Source: a virus
Lineage: Duplodnaviria > Caudoviricetes
Virus record (IMG/VR): IMGVR_UViG_3300033153_004031
Location: 1 to 60,989 of that record
Strand: one strand, 5' to 3'
Length of the DNA: 60,989 nt
Positions 37,401-47,507 of the stretch are shown one piece after another (position 1 is the first letter of the stretch; every line of letters starts with the position of its first letter). The notes under the pieces were generated by a model. That model was not told the origin of the DNA. It saw only the letters and a list, made by a program, of their open reading frames with translations, and searched no databases. The position numbers were made by a program, and so were the translations under genes.

Positions 37401-39377
37401 GTCGGCGTATTTGCTTAGCTCTATGCGCCGCCCACGGGAATCACGGATGAACCTACCCTTAAAAACCTGCCCCGGTTTTAGCTCGGTCTGTCCGTATTGT
37501 TCCAGGACTTCCCGAGACGGCTGGAGTTCATCTCCGAAGTCTATTCTAAACTGAACGCCGTTCGGAGCTGTGACACGGTATGACAGGTCTTCTATGACAG
37601 GCTCGACCTTGGACTTGCCCAAACGGGTCTTGAAATTCGCAAGGGATTTTTTAATAAGAGGTGTGTCAAGATTGGAACGCTCTTTGAAGCTGCCCCTGAT
37701 AATCTCCGTTTGCCCCACACCCTCCGCCGCTTCCGCAGCCTCACGGTAGGATTGCCCCCGCGTGGCTTCCTCTATGGCATTGTCCCAATCTTTGGCATCC
37801 ATCAGTTTTTTGGACTTTTTCTTGGAATCCTCGTACAGGGAACGCAAGGTCGCCACCTGTTCAGGGCTAGCCTTCTTACCAAACGCTATGGCGTCTTCGG
37901 TGGACTTGAACTCTGGTATGGCTTGGGCAACTTGGCCCTGTTCTTCAAATAATTGTTTCTGTTTCTCATCCGGCACATACAGACCAAGCTCCTGCTGTTC
38001 GGCTTGCATCTGCCTGGATTTCGCTTTTGCCTTCAACTGTGATCGCACAAGGTCTTGGCGTTCCCCCTTGAGTTCTAATCGCTCTTCGCCCTCAACCGCC
38101 TTCTTGATTTCTTTAAAATCGTGGACATCACCTGCTCGGGTGCGTATCGTCTTGTCGTTCGGCAAGAAGACCTCCGAACCGTCTTTAATGGTGACACCCC
38201 ACGGTTCTTCTTCCACCACTTTGAACTTGTCGGGCTCCCCGGTGTTCGGGTCTATCGCCGTAAATTCCTTCCCTCTCGGCAACGCCTGCCCTTTAACTGG
38301 GATAAATTTGTCGGCCTCCTTGTCAAGATCGTATACAGGTTCCTCTTGCAATATACGCTTCTTGCGTATTTCTTCTTCCGACAGCGTGTGCTCCGGTCTT
38401 TCCAGTAGCCGTGCCTCACCCTCTACGCCTACGCGACCCCTTTTCAAAATGGTCGGGTCTGTCCGCAACGACTCCATTAGATTTTCGTCCGGCGCAAGCC
38501 AACCTTCTTCTTTTAGGGTGTTCTCAACCTCATCAATGGAACGCCCCGTCTTTTCATTAGAGAGCATCTGAACCGCAAGGGGCATGCTCTTTTTCTCACC
38601 CTTGAAGTGCCCCCACTTAATCTTACCCATCTTTTCGATACGGCTCCGGAGCGTGGACGGTTCCCGCACCTTCCCCCGCCGCATCTTCTCAATCACTTGA
38701 GCTTTTTTGGACGGCTTCAGGTTGGGGTAATCTTTCAGGACTTCGGGTGGAACGGGCTTGCCCTCAGAGAGGGCCGCAGAAACAATCTGCTCATGGGATT
38801 TTTTTTGTGCGTATTCAACATTTATTGTAGCATCTCCGCCATGCTCCTTTAAAGCTCTTTTAACCCTTGGGCTGACAAACTCCTCCCGCGTCATCTCCCA
38901 CGGCCTTTTTACAGCCCCCTTTACACCCGTTTCAGGGACTTCTGGGGCCACTTCTTTCTCAGGGGTAACCTTGGGTATGGGTTCGGGTTTTTCGGGCTCT
39001 CTGGGGGCCTGTAGCGGCCCTTCTGGGGCCTTCTCGCGGATAATAAAGCCATCCCCCATAGGCTGTACTTCGTGGGTGTCGTGGGAGAAGCCCTTACCCT
39101 TGGTGATGGCCCCCTTGGCGGCAGCGGGTGTCTTGTAAATCTTCGGCTTGGGTTGTCCTACAACGGGTTCCGGCGGCACCTGTGCCAAAACCTGTTGCAC
39201 AATATCGTTCCGCTCGGCTTCGATTTCGCGCAACACGTCCTCAACGGCGGACGTATTCGCAATCCTCGGGTCGAACCCCTCCCGACGATAGGCATCAGCC
39301 ATGCCCACCAACGCCTGTTTCTCGGCGTCCGGGAGCTTATTCCCTATTTTTTCAAGACAATACGCAAGGCTTGGCAT
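34491..39377 (-). CDS. Large polyvalent (DNA ejection-type) protein with zincin motif and LPD38-like C-terminus
   Basis: 1628 aa; PWEMTREEF; WDHEMQH (HExxH); VPFLNARMQG...YRIPNPFEVG...NKSSFTGRPIVP. Confidence 0.8.
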   Translation of the reverse strand: MPSLAYCLEKIGNKLPDAEKQALVGMADAYRREGFDPRIANTSAVEDVLREIEAERNDIVQQVLAQVPPEPVVGQPKPKIYKTPAAAKGAITKGKGFSHDTHEVQPMGDGFIIREKAPEGPLQAPREPEKPEPIPKVTPEKEVAPEVPETGVKGAVKRPWEMTREEFVSPRVKRALKEHGGDATINVEYAQKKSHEQIVSAALSEGKPVPPEVLKDYPNLKPSKKAQVIEKMRRGKVREPSTLRSRIEKMGKIKWGHFKGEKKSMPLAVQMLSNEKTGRSIDEVENTLKEEGWLAPDENLMESLRTDPTILKRGRVGVEGEARLLERPEHTLSEEEIRKKRILQEEPVYDLDKEADKFIPVKGQALPRGKEFTAIDPNTGEPDKFKVVEEEPWGVTIKDGSEVFLPNDKTIRTRAGDVHDFKEIKKAVEGEERLELKGERQDLVRSQLKAKAKSRQMQAEQQELGLYVPDEKQKQLFEEQGQVAQAIPEFKSTEDAIAFGKKASPEQVATLRSLYEDSKKKSKKLMDAKDWDNAIEEATRGQSYREAAEAAEGVGQTEIIRGSFKERSNLDTPLIKKSLANFKTRLGKSKVEPVIEDLSYRVTAPNGVQFRIDFGDELQPSREVLEQYGQTELKPGQVFKGRFIRDSRGRRIELSKYADQNTWDHEMQHLLENIGAFNPVEMALLNKHAKKGNYKPGAEGRAQAVADAMGRRDNPKGIQKIIEKIKDFIDTLVNKIGIRTFRGVLRDIETGKMLEREGRPGVGVAEQGQIAEVMDRKPSGRFDEYFGAKKSTFREKLTKTLDYAKTKEARDAAITKLVDKLHPIKVMLGEEAYELYRTATGTNASMAVILEHGTLKMDDAGYLYSGERNNGLLKLFRGLDDYDKFLKWVAAKRAERLEAEGKEFLLTKDVRDRIFEWAGGKDRADYEAANKEFQRFIKSVLDVGEKSGLINPEERKAWEQWYYLPFNRIFEDEVTAQEYARYPHRNDKYISAKIKKLIGSGRKIGNPLENVLRNWTHIIGESMRNVARAEAFKQAEQTNSGLVTRVHRVAKKVKDKKTGKVKVKPTDIFWYKDKKGKRRYLKKAEAERLLTFQENGKPVNFLVHDESLYNALLGLNIKQFDNIAMRMLGKTKKWLTYGATFGPAFRVANMIRDTMHVAMLDKSFRPFIDSAKGFVKAMKEDQDFVEFSAGGFSFGSSYIRAEDPEAVSKYIDRILKREGKGAVDRILRTPRQLLDFWEKIGSASENAARVALYTRKRAAGVPHGKAGFAAKDLLDFSMSGQSNIVQFLIQTVPFLNARMQGLYKLGSAAVDVENRRNFMMRGTGLSMAALALWWLYKDDERYKELEDWDKWGYTHFWIGDKHYRIPNPFEVGAVTMALPVAIANTAYGNTGTKHVADFIGHTLFETFAIGPPQAVVPMIEQWANKSSFTGRPIVPYHLEGLRGGQQANPWTSETLKILGDKLNVPPKRAEALINGYFATFGKFILGAADIALEATGAVPDRPEKRIDDYPLVGRFIRQGGPARHTKYQKEFYEIFRDLDELVKTASHYRQTGDIAEARKLVLDNRTKIAFRKRMNKSRTNIQQINRAMRRIWTNPMLSKEQKTKRLDALYERRNRIFKRVYDEYKKYQ

Positions 39378-39379
39378 AT

Positions 39380-39715
39380 CTAATTATCCAGTATTCCTGA
39401 TTGTACCATCGCCATGATGAACTCCGTTATTTCCTCGTCTTCCCGGTACAGGCGCACCATCTGTTCCGCCGGGTATGGCATGGACACATACCCGCCACCC
39501 ACGGGAGTCGGGGCGGGCGCGGGTGTGGGTGTCGGCGTAACCTCCGGTTCGGTGTACGGCGTCTTGGCGACAAACGCACGGCGCATACCCGGCAACGCCA
39601 TGACGGACAGTATTGTAAACGGCCCTGCGCCCCTTCCCCCACCTGCCGCCGTCTTGGGCGAAAAGCTGTACCTGCGCCCAGGTACCGCACTTGGTGATAG
39701 TTGTGTTACAGCCAT
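39380..39715 (-). CDS. Small virion-associated protein with PT/PA linker
   Basis: TPTPTPAPAPTPVGGG...REDEEI. Confidence 0.6.
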   Translation of the reverse strand: MAVTQLSPSAVPGRRYSFSPKTAAGGGRGAGPFTILSVMALPGMRRAFVAKTPYTEPEVTPTPTPAPAPTPVGGGYVSMPYPAEQMVRLYREDEEITEFIMAMVQSGILDN

Positions 39716-39719
39716 TCAT

Positions 39720-42251
39720 TTAGACGATTACGAATGTATCTCCATCGCTGGGTGCTTCTGTTGTAGCGGTATAGGTCAGTATTTTACTCGTGCCGTCATA
39801 ATCCGTAATATCGGTGGCCTGATTTTGGAGTACACCACTGGTCCAGATGATGATTCTACCGTTGTAGTGGTCGTCCGTGGCTTCCGTCAGGTTTGTAGTC
39901 ATCTGGGTGGTGGATAGAGTACCCGCAGCCGCAGCTCCGACAACGATTGTCTCCGCGCTCGCCTCAAGATTATCCGCCGCGTCCGTGCTCCCGCTTATTG
40001 CCAGTGCGTCAGCCTTGATATTGCCGTCCCCTGTCAATGCCGCCGGTATTCGGGCCTGAATGTCCTCGGTGTCGGCAATGATGTTTGCCTCCGCCGTATC
40101 AAGCTCGGCCTTCGTGGGCGGGTCGTAGGCGTTGAGCGCGTCAGTACACTCGCTTTGGACTTCCTCATCCCAATCGCTATTCCAAGGCACTGCCGACAAG
40201 TGGTCTCCTGTTCCCCCCGCCTCGGTCAGGTTGGTGCCGTCACCGATGTGGTCTCTCAACGGTTGCAGGCCGTCCATGCTTGGGTCGAAAGCGGAAGTAT
40301 CGCCGTTGGCTATTATGCGTGACAGGATGGAGTTGTCCACAACTTCGGATGTCATGTCGGCACTACCCGTCGCGGTCTTGCACAAGTGGTCGAGATTGTT
40401 CGCCTCGATTGCATCCTGCACTTCGGATTGCACCTCGGCGTCCCACGCCGCATTCCAGGGAACCCCGGTCAACCCATCTCCGGCCGTTCCGATTTGAGTT
40501 TGCAAATCCTGAGTGTCGGTTTCAATATCCGTCTGCTTGTTTCGGATATGTTCAAGCGTATCCGTTCCGCTGTCCCAAGTCGCGCCCTTTATCTCCGTGA
40601 ACGCACTATCCAGCTCCGCCTTGGTCGGTGGATCATAAGCATTGAGAGCATCTATGCATTCGCTTTGAACCTCTGCATCCCAAGAGGCATTCCACGGGAT
40701 CGCCGTCAGTCCGGCACCGGCGGCTCCTATATCATCTGTATCATCCAAGATATCTGAAACAGCTTTACCAAAAGAACCAGCATCGGTATGCCCTGAGGTA
40801 GCTTCATTCCATACCGCATCGGCAAGCCCGGTGTAACTCATAGCTAAACCATAATCCACATGCACCTGGTCTAGGTACACAGCAGTTCCTGTCTCAAGAC
40901 TTGTTCCATAGAACCTAATACGCACCTTGCCGTCATTTGCCCCAGTGCCCACATGGTGCGAAAACAACTGCGCTATCATAGCCACATCGTCGGACGGATC
41001 ACTGTTGTGTACACCTTCAGACTCGCCCAAGTAGTCCCAGTGGGACTCCTCCCAATGGTAGGCGTACCAGGCTACGGTATCGCCGCCTGACGGAACAGAA
41101 CCCTCGTCTACACGCCCTTTTGCCGAAACCTTCGCTGGCGCGGAGTCATCAGGAAGTTCAAACTCCAGATAGAAGTCGATAGTGCCCCCGCTCTCGGTCA
41201 CGACATAGTACGTCTCATCCGGCGATCCAGTATTCGCATAGGTGCCGGTCTCGCTCCCACTAGTCACAGTGGATGAACTAGCTATAACCCCAATTGCCGA
41301 AGACACTAAACCAAGCGACGTAACCGTCTGTTTGATTAGGTCAATGTCGGATGGCATATTTCCAGAGTCAAGCTCCGCCAGCCGCATCTCGGTACATACA
41401 CTCGCCAGCGCCGCACTATCAGTACCTCGCATAGCTGTACCGTGTGGCTCCGTATCCCGTAGCGCCTCAAGACTATCCGTAGTCTCGTCATACGTCCCGC
41501 TACCAGCCCCGGTTGCTCGAATCTCTGTTCTCGCTGTTGTATCTCCGCTTTGCTTACCAGCAATCAGACCCAGCCATTCGGCAAGCGATGTGATACCACT
41601 AAACAACGTAGCTGTAATGCGTGTCACAAGATTTCCAGTATCCGTCTTTACGGCGGCAATATCGGCGCTCACGCTTGCACCCGAGGGAGCCCCTAAGCGT
41701 GCGTAGTTGTCTCCGGTTTGTGGAGTATGCCCATTGAGATTATCCAGATAGCCCGCCCTTGTGGCAGTGAGCCGTGACACTAAGTCATCAATATCCGTCC
41801 CAATTTGAGCATCCAAATCCAGCCCCCCGGCATCGCTGATCGGGAGCCCCCCGGCAGCATCGGCGGCAGCATTCGGCAGGGCAGTCATGCCCATCCGCAC
41901 GCTGTCATACGGGTCGTAGTCCACCAGGGGAACGTATGTCCCTATTACAATCATGCCGGTCACAGTACCGCCCACCATAACGCCGTCAGCACCGGCGGCA
42001 ACCGCTGCATCGGGTAAGTCAAGGCGGTAGTATCCGTCTCCGATATGCTCGATCCCGCCATCGCTGTGTGCCGCGTCAAGAGACCCCAGCGCCGCTTCCG
42101 TAATGCTCGTTTTCGTCGCCCCTTCCCGGCGATACCACAAGTCAATGCCGGAAGTATCATAATCAACGCCGGTCTCGGGCGTACCGTCACTTGAGTCGAT
42201 GATGCGGATCACAACGCTCTGATCCGTAGAGCCCTTTTTTATAGGGCGCAT
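39720..42251 (-). CDS. Long acidic repetitive virion protein (fiber-like)
   Basis: 843 aa, D/T/A/G-rich; three PWNxxWDxEVQSE repeats. Confidence 0.75.
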   Translation of the reverse strand: MRPIKKGSTDQSVVIRIIDSSDGTPETGVDYDTSGIDLWYRREGATKTSITEAALGSLDAAHSDGGIEHIGDGYYRLDLPDAAVAAGADGVMVGGTVTGMIVIGTYVPLVDYDPYDSVRMGMTALPNAAADAAGGLPISDAGGLDLDAQIGTDIDDLVSRLTATRAGYLDNLNGHTPQTGDNYARLGAPSGASVSADIAAVKTDTGNLVTRITATLFSGITSLAEWLGLIAGKQSGDTTARTEIRATGAGSGTYDETTDSLEALRDTEPHGTAMRGTDSAALASVCTEMRLAELDSGNMPSDIDLIKQTVTSLGLVSSAIGVIASSSTVTSGSETGTYANTGSPDETYYVVTESGGTIDFYLEFELPDDSAPAKVSAKGRVDEGSVPSGGDTVAWYAYHWEESHWDYLGESEGVHNSDPSDDVAMIAQLFSHHVGTGANDGKVRIRFYGTSLETGTAVYLDQVHVDYGLAMSYTGLADAVWNEATSGHTDAGSFGKAVSDILDDTDDIGAAGAGLTAIPWNASWDAEVQSECIDALNAYDPPTKAELDSAFTEIKGATWDSGTDTLEHIRNKQTDIETDTQDLQTQIGTAGDGLTGVPWNAAWDAEVQSEVQDAIEANNLDHLCKTATGSADMTSEVVDNSILSRIIANGDTSAFDPSMDGLQPLRDHIGDGTNLTEAGGTGDHLSAVPWNSDWDEEVQSECTDALNAYDPPTKAELDTAEANIIADTEDIQARIPAALTGDGNIKADALAISGSTDAADNLEASAETIVVGAAAAGTLSTTQMTTNLTEATDDHYNGRIIIWTSGVLQNQATDITDYDGTSKILTYTATTEAPSDGDTFVIV

Positions 42252-42396
42252 ACTGTGCCTCCGTTAAACTGGTCTAAATTCTGCATGATAATAGGTACGA
42301 CGCTCCCTGGCGTACTATCCTCCGCAAGGATTTTGTCGCCGTCTTCTTGCAGTATTACAAAACTGTCTGCTTCTTGTTCGATATAGTTATCAGCCA

Positions 42397-42852
42397 TTAC
42401 GGTTTCCCTTTGACATCCCAGTAAACAACCCTACTGAGTTTCAGTAGATATGCTTTCGCCTCGGCCAGATTGGAAATATTATTCACCACATTTTCAACCG
42501 TCGCCCAATCTGGCAGTCGGTCCGCGATTTCTTGCGCCTTCTGTTGAGCGTCTAATTCTTCTTGCTTTTTGGGCGTGATGTCCCCCGCTTCCGACGGCAC
42601 GAACTGCTGGCTTGCCTCATCCCACTTGTGTGTCTCTTTGTCGGGGATTTCCACAGTCTTATCTAACAGCACATAACCGTACTCCGCTGATAGTTCTTCC
42701 AATCGCTCCTCGATGGTTGTACCATCTCTTGGCAAACCAAGACGTATTTTACCCCAGGATACCAAATATCCAGGAAATGGGCTTGACTTTGAGTATATGA
42801 GATATTGCTTTAGCATATTGTCTCTCCTTACATTCCGGCGGGGAAATACCAT
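42397..42852 (-). CDS. Putative tail fiber assembly protein
   Basis: Follows fiber-like gene; probable start MLKQYLIY. Confidence 0.5.
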   Translation of the reverse strand: MVFPRRNVRRDNMLKQYLIYSKSSPFPGYLVSWGKIRLGLPRDGTTIEERLEELSAEYGYVLLDKTVEIPDKETHKWDEASQQFVPSEAGDITPKKQEELDAQQKAQEIADRLPDWATVENVVNNISNLAEAKAYLLKLSRVVYWDVKGKP

Positions 42853-43691
42853 CCGTCGGTATGGACTTCCAATAGTCCATTATCTGAAGCCGATAATTTG
42901 ACTTCAATGATCTGTGATGCGTCTGTAATAACAGACAACGTATTTCTTACTCCTATTGTGTTTGCTCCAGCACCGCGTATAACGATATGCCCGATTGTCC
43001 CTGTTTGTCCATTTGTGCGCCAATATGCATATTGAGCACTTCCGCTATTTCTTGAAAAATCCACCGTTATTTCGGCCCGGGTTGCATAAGCTGGAATAGT
43101 CAGTGGTACATCAGTCCATGTCGTATCAATATCAGTCGATGACAGATCTGTTTTTTGGTCTGCAAATAACACTAGTTCTCCTCCATCATCCCAAAACTCC
43201 AACACCTGCGAACTGCCATTCGTCAGCACCCCAAAGATCGTCCGGTCATCTGTGTCCTGGTAGACACCTCCCTTAGTTCCGGAGTAATCCGGAGTCACAT
43301 TTGCTGCGCGGCGGTTGATAAAATTCGCGGCCGTCAGCGCGCCAGCTGCACTTACGGTAGAATAATCAATAGCGATATAGTGCCATTCGTCAGCTGTCAG
43401 ATCATCACTATTGGCATTGCTTCCGCCGGAGCCAAGCGTAAACGTTATATCGGATGTCCAATAAACCAAGCCCTTCCCATATAAATAGTATGCCCCGGGG
43501 CCAAAAGTAATTGTATCTGTGCTGACAAAACCATACTTTGGCCGAGAATAATATGTTATCCACGGAACCGTCAACCGCAGATTGGCCCACGTCAACTTCT
43601 TGTTGCTCACATCTTCCTGTGCCGTTAAAAATAAATCCATATCTGCGGGAGATGTTAGCTCTGAAAAATCACTTATCTTCGTGTTTGCCAT
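42828..43691 (-). CDS. Tail fiber/spike-like protein
   Basis: MANTKISDFSELTSPA N-terminus; beta-rich body. Confidence 0.65.
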   Translation of the reverse strand: MANTKISDFSELTSPADMDLFLTAQEDVSNKKLTWANLRLTVPWITYYSRPKYGFVSTDTITFGPGAYYLYGKGLVYWTSDITFTLGSGGSNANSDDLTADEWHYIAIDYSTVSAAGALTAANFINRRAANVTPDYSGTKGGVYQDTDDRTIFGVLTNGSSQVLEFWDDGGELVLFADQKTDLSSTDIDTTWTDVPLTIPAYATRAEITVDFSRNSGSAQYAYWRTNGQTGTIGHIVIRGAGANTIGVRNTLSVITDASQIIEVKLSASDNGLLEVHTDGWYFPAGM

Positions 43692-43717
43692 ATTTGTTCT
43701 CCGAAATTACTATAGAT

Positions 43718-44071
43718 TTATTTTACCCTTGTGGCGTTAATGTTTTCGATGAGGCCGTTGCCGTCTCGCACGATATCGAACTTCCACGCCTTCGGTGCGT
43801 CTGTTTCTTTTTGTTCCACCACTACCTTTTGCGGCTCCATGCTTCGTATCTTGGTAAGCGTGTCAATAATTTCCAGCGCCGCCTTTGCGTTTATCTGCAC
43901 CATCTTCTCACACCGCTCCACGGATTTTACCACCGCAACGGCCAACTCCTTTATCGGGTCCGGCTTTGACGGTTCCTTCTTAACCGGCTTGGGCTTTTCC
44001 AATGACTTCAGGTCAGCCACCCGCCCTTGGAGTCGCAGCTTTGCAATCTCTTGCTCGGATAGTCGCTTCAT
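43718..44071 (-). CDS. Hypothetical virion-region protein
   Basis: C-terminal WKFDIVRDGNGLIENI. Confidence 0.65.
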   Translation of the reverse strand: MKRLSEQEIAKLRLQGRVADLKSLEKPKPVKKEPSKPDPIKELAVAVVKSVERCEKMVQINAKAALEIIDTLTKIRSMEPQKVVVEQKETDAPKAWKFDIVRDGNGLIENINATRVK

Positions 44072-44076
44072 TACTT

Positions 44077-45897
44077 TTATCCGCTAAGACAATTTAGTAA
44101 TTGATCGTATATACTCATGCGGTTATCCACTTCTTTGATGGCAGTATCGGCGTTTTCCTCAATCTCGATGATTTCTCCCGTGGCTTCCCGCATGGCTTTG
44201 ACGCGTACTTTGTATTTGTCCAAGTCTTTTGGGAGTTGGGGTTCCGGTGCTTCCTCCGGTACTTTTTCGGCCTCGGCTTCTGCAACCCGTGGGGCTTTGG
44301 GCGGTAACTGCGTGACATCGGTTATTTCCCCCGGCGCTTCTTCAGGTGCTTGAAGTATTCCACCTGTCTCAATCGCTTCTGGGCCTGCTCCTTGCTCTTG
44401 TATGGGCCGCCCAACTTCTTCCCCTTCTCGGACAACACCAGCCATCCGAGCTTCGTCTGGCGTAACATCGAGTGCTCCTTGTGCTATGTTTTGTAAACGG
44501 GCCTCAATCGCCCCCTTATTGTTCTCATAAAACTGCAGGTCTTCCGGGCTTTCCATTTTTTCGCCACGGGCAACCCTATCGGTAAACTCATCAATAGCCG
44601 CTTCCCGCTCGGCACGGCGCTGCTCTGCGATGTCCCTTAACACGTCCTTTGTAAGTGGGCGGGTCGGCCTTGCGATTGTCTCAGCTCCGTATTCCGGCAT
44701 CTGAAGGTCAATTTCAAATTGTCGCATCTCTGCCGGTGTCGGGGCCAAGTCTTCCGGTTTTATCCGCGTCCCGGTTATTTCCCCAATCCGCTCATCTACA
44801 AGCTCTTGCCGCTCCTCATCAGAACCGAGCGCCTTGCTGATTTCCTCCTGTTGCACCTGTTGCGGGGCAATGCGCCGTTGCGCACCCATACCAAGCAAAC
44901 CAAAGAAAGGCGCGGCGTATAGCGCCCCCTTCGCACCCTCGGTAGCCCACTCCATGGGTTCCGGTGCTTTCAACCCGGCTTGTTCATACAACGGCCTCCG
45001 CAGACCCGCCTGCACATATCCAGTAGCCGCCTCTGTGGGAACCTCGGACGCGGCAACACCAATCGTGTTCACGGCATACCGCGCAAGTGGTTTTGCCAGT
45101 TTCTTTTTTACGGTGTCTCCAAGAACTTTGCTGGCAATCTTGCCACCAACTCGGAATGTCAATATATCAAGAACGTTGCTTAGCCCTTCAAAGCCCCCCT
45201 CTGCGATAGCCGACATAACCGCTTTGGGATGGGCAATATCAGCGATTTCTTGTTTGGCTAACTGTTGCGCCTCTTGGTCGCCGTATCCCTGTGCCTTGTA
45301 TTTCTGTTTGTATTTATCCCCCAATAAATCATTGGCTTCTTCAATAAACTGGTCATACTCGGCACCGCCGAATATGGTCGCACCCGCCGTACCAGCACCG
45401 ACAACCGCGCCAGGGACACCACCGACAAGCCCCCCGACCGCCGCGCCCGTCAACATGGGTATGGTGGATTTACCGAAGGTTTCAAACCCCTCGATAATAT
45501 TTCGGGCCAAACCTTTCTTTTCGGCCAACCGCCCTTTGCGAAACCGATATTCCGGGTCTTCTAATTCTTCTTCAACATCTTCAATGGCTCTAGTGAGAAA
45601 TTCCGGCTCAATGGCTTCGGGCAGTGCCGTGCGCACGGCGCGGAGGCCCATGCCGGCAGATTCGCGCAATATCCGTGGTATGGCGGCACCAAGCTCCCCG
45701 ATAAAACCTCTTTCCGGCGGTTCGGGTTCGACCGGCTCTGGTTCCGGCGCACGCCTGCCAACACCCAAACGGGACGCAAATGTGCCGTAATCTATACCCG
45801 CCTGACGAAACTCTGGGTTATAATCGTACAGATTCCGAGCAATTTCCTCGTCTTCGTAATACGGATATATCCTACGATAGTAGTCTAAATAAGACAT
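44077..45897 (-). CDS. Putative internal virion/ejection protein
   Basis: 606 aa; Gly-rich hydrophobic GAAVGGLVGGVPGAVVGAG; Ala/Glu-rich. Confidence 0.7.
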   Translation of the reverse strand: MSYLDYYRRIYPYYEDEEIARNLYDYNPEFRQAGIDYGTFASRLGVGRRAPEPEPVEPEPPERGFIGELGAAIPRILRESAGMGLRAVRTALPEAIEPEFLTRAIEDVEEELEDPEYRFRKGRLAEKKGLARNIIEGFETFGKSTIPMLTGAAVGGLVGGVPGAVVGAGTAGATIFGGAEYDQFIEEANDLLGDKYKQKYKAQGYGDQEAQQLAKQEIADIAHPKAVMSAIAEGGFEGLSNVLDILTFRVGGKIASKVLGDTVKKKLAKPLARYAVNTIGVAASEVPTEAATGYVQAGLRRPLYEQAGLKAPEPMEWATEGAKGALYAAPFFGLLGMGAQRRIAPQQVQQEEISKALGSDEERQELVDERIGEITGTRIKPEDLAPTPAEMRQFEIDLQMPEYGAETIARPTRPLTKDVLRDIAEQRRAEREAAIDEFTDRVARGEKMESPEDLQFYENNKGAIEARLQNIAQGALDVTPDEARMAGVVREGEEVGRPIQEQGAGPEAIETGGILQAPEEAPGEITDVTQLPPKAPRVAEAEAEKVPEEAPEPQLPKDLDKYKVRVKAMREATGEIIEIEENADTAIKEVDNRMSIYDQLLNCLSG

Positions 45898-45899
45898 GC

Positions 45900-46931
45900 C
45901 TAATCCATATATGCGGGTAAACCACGCCTTGCTTCGGCCTGTTGCCCGGCAAGGTATCTCAAAGCATCAATCATTTTGTCGCCAGTCCAGCCGAGCCCCC
46001 CCCACACATCTTTAGCCAAGTTCCAAGGTGCATACGGGTTGTCACCGGAAAAACCGAGTTTACGCCCCACACCCGCAAGTTCTTGCATCGCCAAGGCGCG
46101 TTCTTCTTCGCCCGGGCCTTGGGTGTAAGACCCTCTTTGAGGGGGCGGCGGTGCCATGGGTTCTTGCATGGCACTGTAAAACTGCTTCCCGGCGGAAATG
46201 AGCGGGTCTATCAACATACTCGCCAACCCCCGCGCTTGCGGTTGCGGGGTTGCCATAGCTCGTGTCGCGGCGTGTGCGCTTTGCAATGGGGCGTCTGGCA
46301 CTTGCGGTTGTCCAACTATGCTACGAAACAATTCCTCTTTCGCTTGGTCTGGCAAACGGAAGTCTTCTGGGCTTGCCACTGGTTTAAACTTTTTTGGCGT
46401 TTTCCCAACCTCAGTCCCAAATTCATCATAGATTGGGTCTCCGCCGGTATGTTCGTAGATATATTTCCCCTCATCGGTATCAAAAATACCGTAATCGGTC
46501 GCAATGTATCGTTGCCCCTTACGGGCTTTTTCCCTCTCAATCTCCGCCCGCTCCGCCATTTGCCGTTGCAACCCCTTGGCCCTCTCACTCGGTTCACCCT
46601 CCTGAAAATAAAAGTAACCCGAGTCGGCGGCTCTTGTCTCCGGCACATTGGTAAACTTCAACGTTTCCCCGGCTTCTCTTTGCCTACGGATATAATCACG
46701 AATACCACCCGGCCCGCCAACCGTCTCCGGCCTCAAGTCCGGGCTAATCTCCCGCTCTTCCAGATAATCCGGTATCCGGGCGGCTTCCCGCATCTGTTCC
46801 AGTTCGAGTTCTTTTGCCTGTGACTCCAACTCCATCAGGCGATTTTGCAACCGCTGGAACTGGTTTATCAGGTTTACATAATCCGTGCCGGGATTCAGTC
46901 CTTTTGGGATATAGGGTTGTTTATACGCCAT
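45900..46931 (-). CDS. Putative internal virion protein
   Basis: 343 aa, Q/E/P-rich, in ejection-protein position. Confidence 0.6.
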   Translation of the reverse strand: MAYKQPYIPKGLNPGTDYVNLINQFQRLQNRLMELESQAKELELEQMREAARIPDYLEEREISPDLRPETVGGPGGIRDYIRRQREAGETLKFTNVPETRAADSGYFYFQEGEPSERAKGLQRQMAERAEIEREKARKGQRYIATDYGIFDTDEGKYIYEHTGGDPIYDEFGTEVGKTPKKFKPVASPEDFRLPDQAKEELFRSIVGQPQVPDAPLQSAHAATRAMATPQPQARGLASMLIDPLISAGKQFYSAMQEPMAPPPPQRGSYTQGPGEEERALAMQELAGVGRKLGFSGDNPYAPWNLAKDVWGGLGWTGDKMIDALRYLAGQQAEARRGLPAYMD

Positions 46932-46940
46932 GATTTACTC

Positions 46941-47498
46941 CTATCCACCTCTGTAATGAAATCTTAAAGCGTTTCTAAGGCCGCGTGCCTTTTTCCGTTT
47001 TCTATTATAAGTGGGGTCAACCGCCGAACGAATTTGTGGGTATTTTCGTAAATAATACGCTTTTAAGTCTTGTTTAAGTCTGTCATTTGTAGCCCCCTGT
47101 ATACCCATTCGATCCGGCGAAAATGCGTTTACAACCCGCTGAAAATCGCCATATCGAATACGATCAACCCCAGGTGTTTCTGCCAACTTGCGATATAATC
47201 CCTGTTTTTGTTTATAGGCTAAATCATCCCATCGAACACCAGCGACACCAAGATCGGCAGGGCTGGGCCAGTTGGCTTGCGTCAGCGCATATTCTGTATT
47301 GCTCATGCGCCCCAATGAAATAGGAGCCATCCTGGTCTTAACTTCGACATCCCCCCCAGGCGTAACCCTTGCTTTCTCTTGACCCCTTAAAAGCTCGCTC
47401 ATTGGATCAACCGGGTTCCCCGTTTGGTCAAACCGCCCGCCGTAGCGCCGGTATAATTTCAAAAGGTCCGGTGTTTCTGTAAGCCTTCGCCATCCCAT
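46941..47498 (-). CDS. Basic hypothetical protein
   Basis: 185 aa; AGGAG RBS. Confidence 0.65.
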   Translation of the reverse strand: MGWRRLTETPDLLKLYRRYGGRFDQTGNPVDPMSELLRGQEKARVTPGGDVEVKTRMAPISLGRMSNTEYALTQANWPSPADLGVAGVRWDDLAYKQKQGLYRKLAETPGVDRIRYGDFQRVVNAFSPDRMGIQGATNDRLKQDLKAYYLRKYPQIRSAVDPTYNRKRKKARGLRNALRFHYRGG

Positions 47499-47507
47499 GA
47501 TAATCTC

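Noticed and set aside
44834-46823. Long plus-strand ORFs (318 aa, 293 aa) and similar ones opposite late genes
   Set aside because: Antisense shadows of well-supported minus-strand genes, with no recognisable motifs.
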